A stretch of DNA of 64,000 nucleotides. It comes from an uncultured Thermodesulfobacteriota bacterium. Its GTDB lineage: Bacteria; Desulfobacterota; BSN033; WVXP01. The translations under genes were made by a program, and so were the position numbers. This document shows, piece after piece, positions 40,581 through 51,169 of this stretch (positions are counted from its first letter, which is position 1; each line of letters begins with the position of its first letter). Location: the NCBI GenBank assembly GCA_964347335.1, contig CAYFYO010000005.1, positions 1,703 to 65,702 on the forward strand, in the 5' to 3' direction. The notes under the pieces were generated by a model, which saw nothing but the letters and a program-made list of their open reading frames with translations, was not told where the DNA came from and did not search any database.

Positions 40581-40741
40581 TTATCGTTCATGGTTTCACG
40601 AGGACGAGGAGACCAATTGAATCGGACAGGCACGTCGTTCCGTCTGACAAAAGCATACAGACTACTTAATTCCAGCTGGTTGTCCTTTTCTTCAAATGGA
40701 GCACACGATTTCTGTGGGGCTCTCACTGAGGAGGAGTCAGA

Positions 40742-41113
40742 ATGAATGTGCTGATTGTCGATGACGATATCGTCCAGCTCGAAACCCTGAGAAGGGGGCT
40801 AAGAAGCAGGGGCCACAAGGTTCTCGAGGCTTTGAATGCTGACGAGGCCCTAAAACAATTTGGCCGTCCCAAGCATACGCAGATCGATCTTGTTTTGTCC
40901 GACTACATTATGCCTGGGATGAATGGATTAGATCTTCTTAAAAGGATACGACAAGATTATAGTTCCTTGCCATTCATCATCATGACAGCGTACGGGGAAA
41001 AGGATTTGGTCATTGAGGCCCTCCGTAATCGTTGTGACAGCTTTATCGAAAAACCCTTCACCCTTGACCAGTTGATGGACGAGGTTGACAGGGTGACGAA
41101 ACCGCACTCTTAA
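40742..41113 (+). CDS. Single-domain response regulator (CheY-like)
   Basis: 123 aa. MNVLIVDDDIV..DLVLSDYIMPGMNG..FIIMTAYG..FIEKPF. Confidence 0.88.
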   Translation: MNVLIVDDDIVQLETLRRGLRSRGHKVLEALNADEALKQFGRPKHTQIDLVLSDYIMPGMNGLDLLKRIRQDYSSLPFIIMTAYGEKDLVIEALRNRCDSFIEKPFTLDQLMDEVDRVTKPHS

Positions 41114-41251
41114 GAACTGAAACGGAACAACAAAACGCGGAATCCAAGATGAGGAAATATGTTCGAAAGGAGGTGAGGAACCGTAGGAGCAGAATCGGCT
41201 AATGAGGTAAGGAAGGACATCATTGACCCGAAAAGAAATGGAGGAAGAGTG

Positions 41252-41434
41252 ATGAAAAGATTCATGAGATTACTGAAGGGTGAAGAGGGCGTCACGGCGA
41301 TTGAATATGCCCTGATCGCAGCCTTGATCGCCGTTTTCATTATTGCCGCTGTCACCTTAGCAGGCCAGCAGGTTAGCGCCGTCTTCCAGTATGTCGCTGA
41401 TACCATTACCCCTCTCATCCCAGCAGGAGGATGA
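41252..41434 (+). CDS. flp: Flp-family type IVb pilin
   Basis: MKRFMRLLKGEEG/VTAIEYALIAALIAVFII.. contains the Flp G/xxxxEY processing motif and a hydrophobic helix. GGAGGAAG RBS. Confidence 0.9.
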   Translation: MKRFMRLLKGEEGVTAIEYALIAALIAVFIIAAVTLAGQQVSAVFQYVADTITPLIPAGG

Positions 41435-41481
41435 GAAGGTTGATCCAGGAACAACCTAGGGCTCAAAGCCAGTACCCTCTC

Positions 41482-41515
41482 AAGGGACCGGAACCGAGAT
41501 ATTTTCCGGTCCCTT
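41482..41515 (+). other. Strong hairpin 3' of flp (transcript stabiliser/attenuator candidate)
   Basis: AAGGGACCGGAA - 10 nt - TTCCGGTCCCTT, a 12-bp stem with no T-tract after it. Confidence 0.55.
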
Positions 41516-41874
41516 GGAAAAGCGGGTGTGCATCCCTCTCCAATCCACGAGGGACGAGATGTGCACCCGCGGTAGGGGCGACTCCGTGTGATGCACGATG
41601 CCACGGCGGCAAGAACAGAGTTCACTTTTCATCTCAGATAGGTCTCGGCGATGGATTTCTTTCCGATCATACCACTCGGACTCATAGGGGAGAAATGCCA
41701 GCGATATTCTGTTTTTTCGCGAAATTTAGTGATCTGCCTTTCCCTCAGATCACATTGAAACCGAAACCGTCTTATGGTTTAGCCATCGCCATCAGGACGA
41801 TATGCGCTGTTTTTTGGAGGATATCAGCATACCGTTTCCCCATTTAAAAAGGATCAGAGAAAGGATGGTGCATC

Positions 41875-42777
41875 ATGGGAAGATTGAGAGTCATCATTAC
41901 GCTCCTCTTGGCGCTCGGGGTCGCGTTCTTGGCCAGTATCTTCATTTATAGATGGTTAGAACAAAAGGCAAAGCCCCAAACGGTAATCGTGCCCGTAGAA
42001 GAGTCCGTGCCGGTAGTAGCGGCGGTAGCGGATTTAACCTGGGGAACGAAGTTGACCCACGAAATGATCAAAGTGGTGCCGTTTTTCAAGAAGAGTTTAC
42101 CGAAAGGCCATTTTTCCGATGTTAACGATTTAGAGGGACGAATCATTATCGTCCCGGTGAAAGAAAATGAGGCAATTACGGAGTCTAAATTGGCTCCAAT
42201 CAGTGTCACCACAGGCGGTGCTGCGGCAGTGGTGAGTCCTGGAAAGCGGGCACTGGCGGTAAAAGGCGATAAGGTCATTGGACTATCTGGTTTCATCCGT
42301 CCTGGAAATCGCGTAGACGTTCTCGTCACCTTAACGGACAACAGGTACAAACACGGAAAAGAGATCACCAAGATCGTGCTCGAAGACATCCTGGTCCTCG
42401 CGACTGGGACCCAAATGGAAAGGGCGGAAAAGGGAAAATCAGACGGAACCTCTCCTGTTGACGTTTACACCCTGGAAGTGACGCCTCAGGAAGGAGAAAA
42501 ACTGGCGCTCTCGGCCTCTCACGGAAGGCTTCAATTTGCTCTCAGAAACCCAACCGATACGGAGACCGTCTTGACTCACGGGGCAACGATACCCAAGGCA
42601 CTCGCCTCTTTCCGCCCGAACCCGAAGAAGAAAAAAAGGACTATTTCCACCAGCTCCAAAAAGAGCCCCGAAGAGAAGGCAAAAGCCGAGGAACTCGAAG
42701 ACCCCCTTTTAACCGTGCAAATCATCAAAGGCGGTCGAGTGCAGAAGATCAAAATGACAGCAGACGGTAGTTTTTAG
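41875..42777 (+). CDS. cpaB: Flp pilus assembly protein CpaB/RcpC
   Basis: 300 aa. N-terminal TM, SAF-like domain (VVAAVADLTWGTKLTHEMI), and ALAV.....GLSGFIRPGNRVDVL. Confidence 0.85.
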   Translation: MGRLRVIITLLLALGVAFLASIFIYRWLEQKAKPQTVIVPVEESVPVVAAVADLTWGTKLTHEMIKVVPFFKKSLPKGHFSDVNDLEGRIIIVPVKENEAITESKLAPISVTTGGAAAVVSPGKRALAVKGDKVIGLSGFIRPGNRVDVLVTLTDNRYKHGKEITKIVLEDILVLATGTQMERAEKGKSDGTSPVDVYTLEVTPQEGEKLALSASHGRLQFALRNPTDTETVLTHGATIPKALASFRPNPKKKKRTISTSSKKSPEEKAKAEELEDPLLTVQIIKGGRVQKIKMTADGSF

Positions 42778-42811
42778 CGCTATCCGTCACAACTGGAAAG
42801 GATGAAAAACC

Positions 42812-44287
42812 ATGGCTAAGTGGCTCGGACTGAAAAGGGTTGGGAGGGGATCTTTCGCCGTCGTTTTTGCCTTCCTTATGGTCTTTTTTCCCACCTGTTG
42901 GGCAGCAGATCCTGCAACAGCGGTTTCAGAGGACCAGACACCAAGTGAACTCAGCCTGGTGGTAGGAAAATCCGTGATCATCAGAAGCCCCTTGCCCGTG
43001 AAACGCGTCTCGGTGGCTGCCCCAGAGATTGCTGACTTCGTTCTTCTGTCACCCACACAAATCTATCTCATCGGAAAAACGCCGGGAATCACCAATGTCA
43101 CCCTCTGGAGGAATAGTCAAGTCTCTGCTGTCTATGACCTTCAGGTGGTACCTGATGTCTCGCGATTGAGGCAAAAACTGCACGAGGTTCTCCCCGGGGA
43201 AAAAGATCTCCGTGTCACTCCCGCCCATGATTCAATCATCCTATCAGGCACGATCTCGAGTACGGCTAATCTTTCCCAAGCCATCACTTTGGCAAGCGCC
43301 TATGCACAAAAAGAAAAGGTGATCAATTTGCTTCAGGTGGCGGGTGTCCACCAAGTCATGTTGGAAGTCAGAGTGGCTGAGATGTCTCGCAGTCTCGCGA
43401 AAAGATTGGGGATCAATTTCAATGTCTTTCGGGAAGAAGAGTTTGTCGTCAACTTGCTCGGGAGTCTGACCCAATTGGTGGACCCCGATGAGGGACTCCC
43501 GCTAACACCTGGAGCCCCGTTTGGAATCTCCGCCAGCTCGGCGGTGAATGCCCTCTTTCGTTTCGTTCACACCTACGACGGCTCCGACGTCACGTGGACG
43601 GGCTTTATCGATGCCCTGAAAGAGGATGGTCTGGTGAGGATTCTCGCCGAACCGACACTCATTGCCTTGAGTGGACAAACTGCCAGTTTCTTGGCGGGAG
43701 GCGAATTTCCCATACCCGTCCCACAAGGGTTGGGAACCGTTGCGATCGACTACAAAACTTTCGGGGTAGCGCTCGGTTTTACCCCGACGGTGCTGAGTGA
43801 CGACAAGATCAGCATCAAAGTCACGCCAGAGGCTTCTGAACTCGATTTTTCGACTGCCGTCCTTCTTGAAGGATTTGTGGTACCCGGATTGACGACAAGA
43901 AGGGCGACTACGGTGATCGAGCTAGGCGATGGCCAGAGTTTTGCCATCGCAGGTCTGCTCAGCGAGACCGTCCGGGAGAGCATCAGTAAGTTCCCAATTC
44001 TCGGAGAAATTCCTATTATCGGCGCACTGTTTCGAAGCAGTTTTTTTCAAAAAAAAGAAACAGAGCTAATCATCATCGTCACACCCCACCTTGTGAAACC
44101 CCTAGACCTGGCAAAGCAGTCCATGCCGACAGATGGATTTGTTGAGCCAAATGACATCGAGTTCTTTCTCTTTGGCATGTTGGAAGGGTGGAAAAAGGAA
44201 ACGGGGCACTTGCAACGAGACTCCCTCTTCACCTACCTGGACAATAAGGGCGGATTGGAGGGCGAATTTGGACACATATTTCCTTAG
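42812..44287 (+). CDS. cpaC: Tad secretin CpaC/RcpA
   Basis: 491 aa with a signal peptide. BON-like N-domain, and secretin core VMLEVRVAEM, RILAEPTLIALSGQTASFLAGGEFP, ELIIIVTPHLV. Confidence 0.9.
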   Translation: MAKWLGLKRVGRGSFAVVFAFLMVFFPTCWAADPATAVSEDQTPSELSLVVGKSVIIRSPLPVKRVSVAAPEIADFVLLSPTQIYLIGKTPGITNVTLWRNSQVSAVYDLQVVPDVSRLRQKLHEVLPGEKDLRVTPAHDSIILSGTISSTANLSQAITLASAYAQKEKVINLLQVAGVHQVMLEVRVAEMSRSLAKRLGINFNVFREEEFVVNLLGSLTQLVDPDEGLPLTPGAPFGISASSAVNALFRFVHTYDGSDVTWTGFIDALKEDGLVRILAEPTLIALSGQTASFLAGGEFPIPVPQGLGTVAIDYKTFGVALGFTPTVLSDDKISIKVTPEASELDFSTAVLLEGFVVPGLTTRRATTVIELGDGQSFAIAGLLSETVRESISKFPILGEIPIIGALFRSSFFQKKETELIIIVTPHLVKPLDLAKQSMPTDGFVEPNDIEFFLFGMLEGWKKETGHLQRDSLFTYLDNKGGLEGEFGHIFP

Positions 44288-44415
44288 GGTAGTAGGTGGA
44301 ATAGAGGGACGAGGTTTCACGCATAAAAAAGATGATAAAAACCCATTCGCAAAGTGCCGGGCCGAGACCGCTCTTCCCAGTCAAAACCACAGACTCGATA
44401 GAAAAGGAGTTGAGT

Positions 44416-44679
44416 ATGGCCACCAGACCTCTCATATGGATCGGATTGATAGCCGTATTGTTGAGCGCTTGCGGAACTGTCAGACCTTTTGGGGCATCTT
44501 TTGAATCGGCCAAATACAACCAGATATTAAACCCTGATGCGAGAAAAAACCTCAAGCCTGCAACAGGATTTGATGGGCACGCCGCTGAGCTCACCTTGAA
44601 AAAATACAGAGAAGACTTTGAGCGCCCCGCGCCAGAGCCTGTTTACACTTTTAGCCTCAGCCCTATCGGAGGAAGGTAA
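44416..44679 (+). CDS. Small lipoprotein in the RcpB/CpaD position
   Basis: The ATG at 44416 follows AAGGAG. Lipobox LLSAC. 87 aa, no family recognised. Confidence 0.55.
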   Translation: MATRPLIWIGLIAVLLSACGTVRPFGASFESAKYNQILNPDARKNLKPATGFDGHAAELTLKKYREDFERPAPEPVYTFSLSPIGGR

Positions 44680-44693
44680 GTAGGGGTGGTTTC

Positions 44694-45104
44694 ATGAAAT
44701 TCAAAAGCCAGAAAGGGGCGGCAGCGATAGAGTTCGCGATTGTCTTCCCCCTCCTGATCGTCCTGATTTTCGGAATGATCGAGTTTAGTATAGCTTTCTA
44801 CGATAAAGCCATGATCACCAACGCCAGTCGCGAAGGTGCGAGGAGAGGAATTCTATTCTCAGATCCGAGAGCAAACGACGACGAGATCAGAGCCGTCGTC
44901 GATAACTACTGCGGGAGCCACCTCATCACCTTTGGCGTCGCCGCCGGGCCCACGACCACCATCGTGAGAGGAGGGAGCGATCCCGGCGATAGCCTCACCG
45001 TGAGGGTCACGTATCGATACGACTTTCTGATCCTTCCGGGTTTTCTCACCGATCTTACAGGGGGGATTGATCTGTTGGCAGAAACGGTGATGCGAATGGA
45101 ATAA
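44694..45104 (+). CDS. tadE: TadE-like pseudopilin
   Basis: 136 aa. QKGAAAIEFAIVFPLLIVLIFGMIEFS is the TadE N-terminal motif. Confidence 0.8.
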   Translation: MKFKSQKGAAAIEFAIVFPLLIVLIFGMIEFSIAFYDKAMITNASREGARRGILFSDPRANDDEIRAVVDNYCGSHLITFGVAAGPTTTIVRGGSDPGDSLTVRVTYRYDFLILPGFLTDLTGGIDLLAETVMRME

Positions 45105-45132
45105 GGGAAATGAGCGGGAGAGGTAATAGAGA

Positions 45133-46401
45133 ATGGAAGATTATCGGCGACCATTTGCATGGTGGACTGATCAGCGTGGAGTCAGTGCCATCGTCGTTGC
45201 CATCGTGATTGTCCTGCTCGTCATGTTTGCGGCTCTGGCCGTCGACATTGGCCATCTCGTTGCGGTGAAAAATGAATTACAGAATGCCGCCGACGCAGGC
45301 GCCCTAGCCGGAGCCAGGTTCCTATACAATGCAGACGGCACGCTCGTCAATGTTGGAGCAAACCAGATCGGTCGTGACGCAGCGATGGCAAACAGGAGCG
45401 AAAATCTCCCCGTGGAAGTGAACTGGAGTGGAGGAAACATCGGAGACGTGCAAAGAGGCCACTGGAGTTTCACAACGCGCACCTTCACGCCTAACGATTC
45501 TACCGCGCCTGTTGATCTTTGGGGTGTCTCAGCTGATGAACTCGACCTTGACGCAGACTTCATCAATGCGGTCAGAGTTGTGGGGAGGCGAGAAGCGACA
45601 CCGGCGAGGTCTTTCTTCGCCAGGATTTTTGGCCGCGAAAGCTTCCCTGCTGCGGCTGAAGCGGTAGCCTATATCGGGTTCGCCGGAACTTTAAGAAGAG
45701 GAGACGCCGACCAACCGATTGTCATCTGTCGAGAAAGCCTCTTACAAAGCGGCGTGTATTCATGCAACATCGGCCGGATGATCAATAGTGGGCAGAATGT
45801 CGCTAACAGCGAGACGGGGGGATGGACCAATTTTGATCAGGAGAGCGCCTGCACAGGAGGCACGAATGCCCAAGAGGTGCGGAGTGCCGTCTGTAGTGAA
45901 GGGAATCCGGGAGAAATTGCTCTCGGCGAACCAATTGCCACAAATGGGGGCGAGATACAATCTGCCTTCAACGACCTGATATCGTGTTGGGAATCGGTCA
46001 CAGGCAGAGCTATGCCATGGAACCTCACCTTACCGGTGGTCACCTGCCCGAGTAACAATGTGGGAACCTGTGAGGAAGTCGTTGGCGCTGTGAATCTGAA
46101 TATCGTTTGGATAACAGGGGCCGGAGAAGACCCCAGCTATAGTAATGCGCCCACGGAAATGGCTGGAATTCCTGACTCTAGTCCGCCAATTCTGGATTGG
46201 TCATCTAATGATCCTGACGGTCGGGCCCGCTGGGCGAGTTTTGTTCAACACTTTAATTTACAAAACGTGGATGGAACCCCTGCCCCCTACGCGAAGAAAT
46301 CCATATACTTCCTGCCGGACTGCACAGCCCACGAACCGAAAGGCGGGACGGGAGGCGAGAATTTCGGCATTCTGGCGCGGATACCAGTACTGGTGAAATA
46401 G
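45133..46401 (+). CDS. tadG: TadG-like pilus assembly protein
   Basis: 422 aa. QRGVSAIVVAIVIVLLVMFAALAVDIGH......LQNAADAGALAGA is the Tad N-terminal signature. Confidence 0.75.
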   Translation: MEDYRRPFAWWTDQRGVSAIVVAIVIVLLVMFAALAVDIGHLVAVKNELQNAADAGALAGARFLYNADGTLVNVGANQIGRDAAMANRSENLPVEVNWSGGNIGDVQRGHWSFTTRTFTPNDSTAPVDLWGVSADELDLDADFINAVRVVGRREATPARSFFARIFGRESFPAAAEAVAYIGFAGTLRRGDADQPIVICRESLLQSGVYSCNIGRMINSGQNVANSETGGWTNFDQESACTGGTNAQEVRSAVCSEGNPGEIALGEPIATNGGEIQSAFNDLISCWESVTGRAMPWNLTLPVVTCPSNNVGTCEEVVGAVNLNIVWITGAGEDPSYSNAPTEMAGIPDSSPPILDWSSNDPDGRARWASFVQHFNLQNVDGTPAPYAKKSIYFLPDCTAHEPKGGTGGENFGILARIPVLVK

Positions 46402-46488
46402 ATGCAAGCATGAGACAGATTTCAAGCTGCAAAGACGATTTAATGCCCATCATCAAATGCATAGGAGACTAACGATGAAGGGGAATGT

Positions 46489-47643
46489 ATGAAGCACGAT
46501 ACGATCTCTCTCAGACTGGAGATAAAAAATCCGGAGGTCAGAAAAAAGCTAGAGGGGGCCGTCTCCTCTATGACAGACTTTCGTGTCGTCCAAAGATCCG
46601 ATGATGTGACCCATGCCGACCTTCTGATTTTTGAAATCGGATCGGATCTGGACAGAGAGTTTCAGCTTATTCACTCTCTCCAGAGCCTGGGGACTGTCAC
46701 GGAGGTTTTTTTGACCTCAGGCCATTCGGACCCTGCTGTTTTGGTGCAGGCGATACGGGCTGGAGCTAAGGAATTCTTTTCTCAACCCATAAACACGGAA
46801 GAGGTCCGACAGGCTCTGGAAAGGTTCAAGGACCGGAGGGGGAAATCGAAAATCGAAGCGCCTCCGAGAAAGGGGCACGTCGTAGACATCATCGGTGCCA
46901 AGGGAGGCGTGGGGACCACCACGATCGCTGTAAATTTGGCCGTGTCTCTGGCCAAGGAGGAAAGCCTCAGGTCGGTCGTGTTAGTGGACATGAACCTCCT
47001 ATTTGGGGAAATACCACTCTTTTTGGATATCGAACCCAGCTATCACTGGAGTGAGATTGTCAAGAATATTTCCCGATTGGATGCCACCTTTTTGATGAGC
47101 ATTCTTTATAAACACCCCTCAGGGATTTACCTACTTCCCTCCGCTGGCCAACTGGACGGACATGATGTCGCAACTCCTGAAATCATAGAGCGGCTTTTGA
47201 CCCTCATGGAAAATGTATTCGATTTCATCGTGATCGATTGCGGGCAGCACCTCGACGATATCTCCCTTAAGATTCTTCAGATGTCCGATACGGTTCTCCT
47301 CGTCTCTGTTCTGAGCCTTCCCTGCCTGGCCAATGCGAATAGGTTCCTTAGGTCACTCTATGGCTTGGGATATCCGACGGAAAAAACGAGGATCGTCATC
47401 AACCGCTATCTCAAGAATCCAGAAATCTCCTTAAAGGACGCAGAGAACAGCATCAAGAAAAAGATATTCAGGACCATTCCAAACGACTATCGGACCACAA
47501 TGTCCGCCATAAATCAGGGAAACCCTCTTTGTGAGGTGGCACCGAGGAAGCCTGTCACCAAAGGCATCCAGGAACTGGCTGCCGCTCTGTCCCAAACCCA
47601 TAATGGTGAGGGGAAAAAAACGGCGCTCGCGGTCCAGAGCTGA
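46489..47643 (+). CDS. tadZ: TadZ/CpaE: degenerate receiver fused to a MinD/ParA-type ATPase
   Basis: 384 aa. Receiver-like N-terminus, deviant Walker A GAKGGVGTTT, and DCGQ. Confidence 0.85.
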   Translation: MKHDTISLRLEIKNPEVRKKLEGAVSSMTDFRVVQRSDDVTHADLLIFEIGSDLDREFQLIHSLQSLGTVTEVFLTSGHSDPAVLVQAIRAGAKEFFSQPINTEEVRQALERFKDRRGKSKIEAPPRKGHVVDIIGAKGGVGTTTIAVNLAVSLAKEESLRSVVLVDMNLLFGEIPLFLDIEPSYHWSEIVKNISRLDATFLMSILYKHPSGIYLLPSAGQLDGHDVATPEIIERLLTLMENVFDFIVIDCGQHLDDISLKILQMSDTVLLVSVLSLPCLANANRFLRSLYGLGYPTEKTRIVINRYLKNPEISLKDAENSIKKKIFRTIPNDYRTTMSAINQGNPLCEVAPRKPVTKGIQELAAALSQTHNGEGKKTALAVQS

Positions 47644-47771
47644 CGAGGTGAAGATCGTTCGCAAAGGGCAAGGACTCCATAGCGGTCGCAAGAAGCAGTG
47701 GGCATCGTGATCATTCCATATTATGAGTCAAGGGAGAATAACGAACGCACCAATAACAGAGGAAGGTTGCC

Positions 47772-49115
47772 ATGAATGATGACGCTCGGACAGCGCGGTT
47801 ACCTCAAAGAGACAGCGGAGGATCTCTCGTTCTCAATGATTATTATGAGCTAAAAACCCGGATCCATGATCGACTGATCGATCTTATCGACCTTTCCCTC
47901 ATCGATTCCATCGAACAACAAGCGCTCAGGTCCGAAATAAAAAGTCTCGTCGAAAGAATATTACAGGAAGAAGAGAATGGAGTGCCTCTCAACCTGAATG
48001 AGAGACAAAAGCTTTTCAGGGAGATTCAGGACGAGGTGTTGGGTCTCGGCCCGTTAGAACCCTTCCTTCAGGATCCGACCGTCTCTGATATCTTGGTCAA
48101 TACCTACCGACAAATCTATGTAGAGAGATTTGGCAAGCTAGATCTCTCGGAGGCACGATTCAAAGACGATGTCCACCTGAGGAAAATCATCGACAAAATC
48201 GTCTCCACCGTGGGGCGCCGGATTGATGAATCTTCCCCTATGGTAGACGCAAGGCTTCCCGATGGCTCCCGGGTCAATGCCATTATCCCGCCTCTCGCCA
48301 TAGACGGGCCCATGATGTCGATTCGACGCTTTGCCAAAGACCCCTTGGAGCTGAAAGACCTTATTGCCTTCCAGACGTTGACTCCGGAAATTGGAGAGAT
48401 TCTCAGCGGTATTGTCAAGACGAGGCTGAACGTCTTGATTTCGGGAGGAACTGGAAGCGGTAAGACGACCCTGTTGAATGTTCTATCTCGATTTATCGCA
48501 GAAGAGGAGCGAATCATTACCATTGAAGACGCGGCAGAATTGCAACTGAAACAGGAGCACGCGATACGGTTGGAGACGAGGCCGCCAAACATAGAGGGAA
48601 GGGGGGAGATCACACAGCGGGATCTCGTCAAGAATAGTCTGAGAATGCGTCCGGACCGCATCATTGTCGGCGAAGTGAGGGGGCAAGAGGCATTTGATAT
48701 GCTCCAAGCCATGAATACCGGGCACGACGGATCCCTCACGACAATCCACGCCAATTCCCCCCGTGATGCCCTGATGCGGCTGGAAACGATGGTGGCCATG
48801 GCGGGTATGGAGATCCCAAGTGGCTTTCTCAGAAGATATGTGAGCTCTGCAATTAACGTAATCATCCATCTCGCCCGCCTTTCCGATGGGAGCCGAAAAC
48901 TGATCAGTCTTCAGGAAATTACGGGGATGGAAGGCGATGTCATCACCCTGCAGGAGATTTTTTCATTCGAAAGAACGTCTATCGGTGACAATGGCAAGGT
49001 GGGCGGCAGGTTTGAGATTCATGGAGTTAGACCGAAGTTTGTTGACAGATTTGAGATGCAGGGCATAACAGTTCCCGATGATTACTTCGATCCGATGAAA
49101 GCTTTCGAGGTATGA
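47772..49115 (+). CDS. tadA: Tad secretion ATPase CpaF/TadA
   Basis: 447 aa. Walker [11 protein letters not shown], Asp box ITIEDAAEL, Walker [10 protein letters not shown], His box [12 protein letters not shown]. Confidence 0.93.
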   Translation: MNDDARTARLPQRDSGGSLVLNDYYELKTRIHDRLIDLIDLSLIDSIEQQALRSEIKSLVERILQEEENGVPLNLNERQKLFREIQDEVLGLGPLEPFLQDPTVSDILVNTYRQIYVERFGKLDLSEARFKDDVHLRKIIDKIVSTVGRRIDESSPMVDARLPDGSRVNAIIPPLAIDGPMMSIRRFAKDPLELKDLIAFQTLTPEIGEILSGIVKTRLNVLISGGTGSGKTTLLNVLSRFIAEEERIITIEDAAELQLKQEHAIRLETRPPNIEGRGEITQRDLVKNSLRMRPDRIIVGEVRGQEAFDMLQAMNTGHDGSLTTIHANSPRDALMRLETMVAMAGMEIPSGFLRRYVSSAINVIIHLARLSDGSRKLISLQEITGMEGDVITLQEIFSFERTSIGDNGKVGGRFEIHGVRPKFVDRFEMQGITVPDDYFDPMKAFEV

Positions 49116-49133
49116 CCCAATGGGGGGCACGCG

Positions 49134-50096
49134 ATGTATTTCGTCCTTGGACTGCTGATATTCATCATATCTGTCTTCGTTATTGAGATGTTTCATTACG
49201 CCTTTGCAACCCTGCGGAATCCCGATCGCAGGAGAATTCAGAAGAGGCTCAAAACCCTCGCGTCGGAGCAACAGAGGAAAGGGGGCGGCATACTTCGGAC
49301 AAGGAAAATAAGCGAAGTTCCATTTCTCAATCAAGCACTTTCAGGAATGCCCATCGTCGAGCGGTTAGACCGGGTGCTCCAACAGGCCGACGTGCGATCC
49401 CCTCTCGGCTTTTTCATATTGCTCACGATCTTCCTCGCACTCATTGCATTCTTAGCTACCTCACTTCTGACCAAAAACTACGTGCTTTCAATGATCATGG
49501 CAGTCGCTTTGGGGGCAATCCCGGTCTTATATGTTCGATGGAAAAAAGATCAAAGAATGAAAAAGTTCCAAAGGCAGTTCCCCGATGCTCTGGAATTGAT
49601 CGCGCGAGCACTGCGCGCAGGACACGCTTTTTCAAGCGGGATGAAGTTGGCCGCCGATGAGTTCGACGATCCGCTCGGCACTGAATTTGGGGCGACGTTG
49701 GATGAAATCAATTTTGGGATCAGCGTTCCCGATGCGCTGAAAAACCTCTCAAGTCGTGTTGACTACCCCGACCTGAGGTACTTTGTGGTTTCTGTGCTTG
49801 TACAACGAGAAACCGGTGGAAATCTCGCGGAAATTATAGAAAGCATCGCTCACCTCATCCGAGAAAGATTCAAACTGCAGGGTCGTATTCGTGTCTTGTC
49901 TGCGGAAGGAAAACTCTCGGCGATCATTCTTTTGATCCTCCCCTTTCTCGTCGTGCTTGCGCTTCGTTTCGTCAATCCAGATTACATCAAAACTCTCATC
50001 ATAGATCCTATTGGAAGGGTGATGGCCTCGGTCGGTGCGATTTGGATGATCTTAGGGGTTTTCGTCATGAGAAGGATGATTCAAATAAAAGTATAG
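49134..50096 (+). CDS. tadB: TadB inner-membrane platform protein (T2SSF family)
   Basis: 320 aa. The T2SSF domain QFPDALELIARALRAGHAF is flanked by TM segments. Confidence 0.85.
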   Translation: MYFVLGLLIFIISVFVIEMFHYAFATLRNPDRRRIQKRLKTLASEQQRKGGGILRTRKISEVPFLNQALSGMPIVERLDRVLQQADVRSPLGFFILLTIFLALIAFLATSLLTKNYVLSMIMAVALGAIPVLYVRWKKDQRMKKFQRQFPDALELIARALRAGHAFSSGMKLAADEFDDPLGTEFGATLDEINFGISVPDALKNLSSRVDYPDLRYFVVSVLVQRETGGNLAEIIESIAHLIRERFKLQGRIRVLSAEGKLSAIILLILPFLVVLALRFVNPDYIKTLIIDPIGRVMASVGAIWMILGVFVMRRMIQIKV

Positions 50097-50116
50097 TTAT
50101 CTGTGAGGAAAGACAA

Positions 50117-51085
50117 ATGACGGTGAATTTCGAAGATATCCCCCTTCTCGTCTCTCTTTTGGTTTTCTTTTCCCTGCTATTGTTTTTCCTTGCCGTTTTC
50201 TATTACCTTCGCCATCGCGTCGAGAATCGGAAATTACTCGAAAAAATCAAACAAAGTGGGGACAATCGATTACCCCCCCACGCCAGAAATCCCAAGGGAA
50301 AATCCCTCGGCACGATTCAAAAGCATTCTCTGGATTTTTTGGGTTCACTCGGGGAACGTATCAAACCTTCAAAATCGACAGAACTCTCCAGAATGCGGAT
50401 GAATTTCCTTAAAGCCGGTATACGCCGGCAAAAAGCTCCGGCGATCTTCTGGGGGATCAAATCTTTTCTCGCGGTCTTCCCTCCCGGATGTTTTTTTCTC
50501 CTCCGGATCACGACCCTCAAACTGATGAGTCCCTCCTTGACCCTCATGACCTGCACCTTGCTGGCTCTCGTCGGTTTCTATTCGCCCGATGTCTGGTTGC
50601 AAATCAGAATTGCCAGAAGGAGAAACAAGATCATGGAGGGGCTTCCTGACGCACTCGATCTCCTTGTGGTCTGTGTTGAGGCAGGTATGGGGCTGGATGC
50701 GGCAATCAGCCGAGTAGGAGAAGAAATCAGGTTGAATCACAAGGCATTGAGTGAAGAACTCAAATTTTTGAACCTCGAGCTCAGAGCCGGAAAGCTCCGC
50801 CGCGACGCACTGAGAAACCTGGCTAGGCGAGTTGACCTGGAAGACGTGAATAGTCTCGTGACACTCCTCATCCAGACAGACAAATTCGGGACCAGCGTCG
50901 CCCAGGCTCTCCGGGTTTACTCTGATTCCTTGAGAACAAAAAGATATCAAAGGGCAGAGGAGATTGCTGCAAAGCTGCCAGTCAAACTCATATTCCCCCT
51001 CATTCTCTTTATTTTTCCCGCTTTGTTTGTCACAATTTTGGGGCCCGCAGCGATCCGTGTCTGGCAGGTGATTCTGAGCCGTTGA
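50117..51085 (+). CDS. tadC: TadC inner-membrane platform protein (T2SSF family)
   Basis: The ATG at 50117 follows GAGGAA. LPDALDLLVVCVEAGMGLD..VQALRVYSDSLRTKR. Confidence 0.85.
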   Translation: MTVNFEDIPLLVSLLVFFSLLLFFLAVFYYLRHRVENRKLLEKIKQSGDNRLPPHARNPKGKSLGTIQKHSLDFLGSLGERIKPSKSTELSRMRMNFLKAGIRRQKAPAIFWGIKSFLAVFPPGCFFLLRITTLKLMSPSLTLMTCTLLALVGFYSPDVWLQIRIARRRNKIMEGLPDALDLLVVCVEAGMGLDAAISRVGEEIRLNHKALSEELKFLNLELRAGKLRRDALRNLARRVDLEDVNSLVTLLIQTDKFGTSVAQALRVYSDSLRTKRYQRAEEIAAKLPVKLIFPLILFIFPALFVTILGPAAIRVWQVILSR

Positions 51086-51169
51086 TGCCCATCGGCTAAA
51101 AAAGCACCCAGGGAAACACAACAATTTCTCGGCTCGAGTTCATAGAAGAAGAGGAGGCTGACGACGACC

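Noticed and set aside
41431-41847. 138-aa plus-strand ORF in the flp-cpaB gap
   Set aside because: It has no RBS, an Arg/Pro/Cys-rich low-complexity translation, and it spans two strong hairpins. It has no similarity to prepilin peptidases (no polytopic hydrophobic segments).
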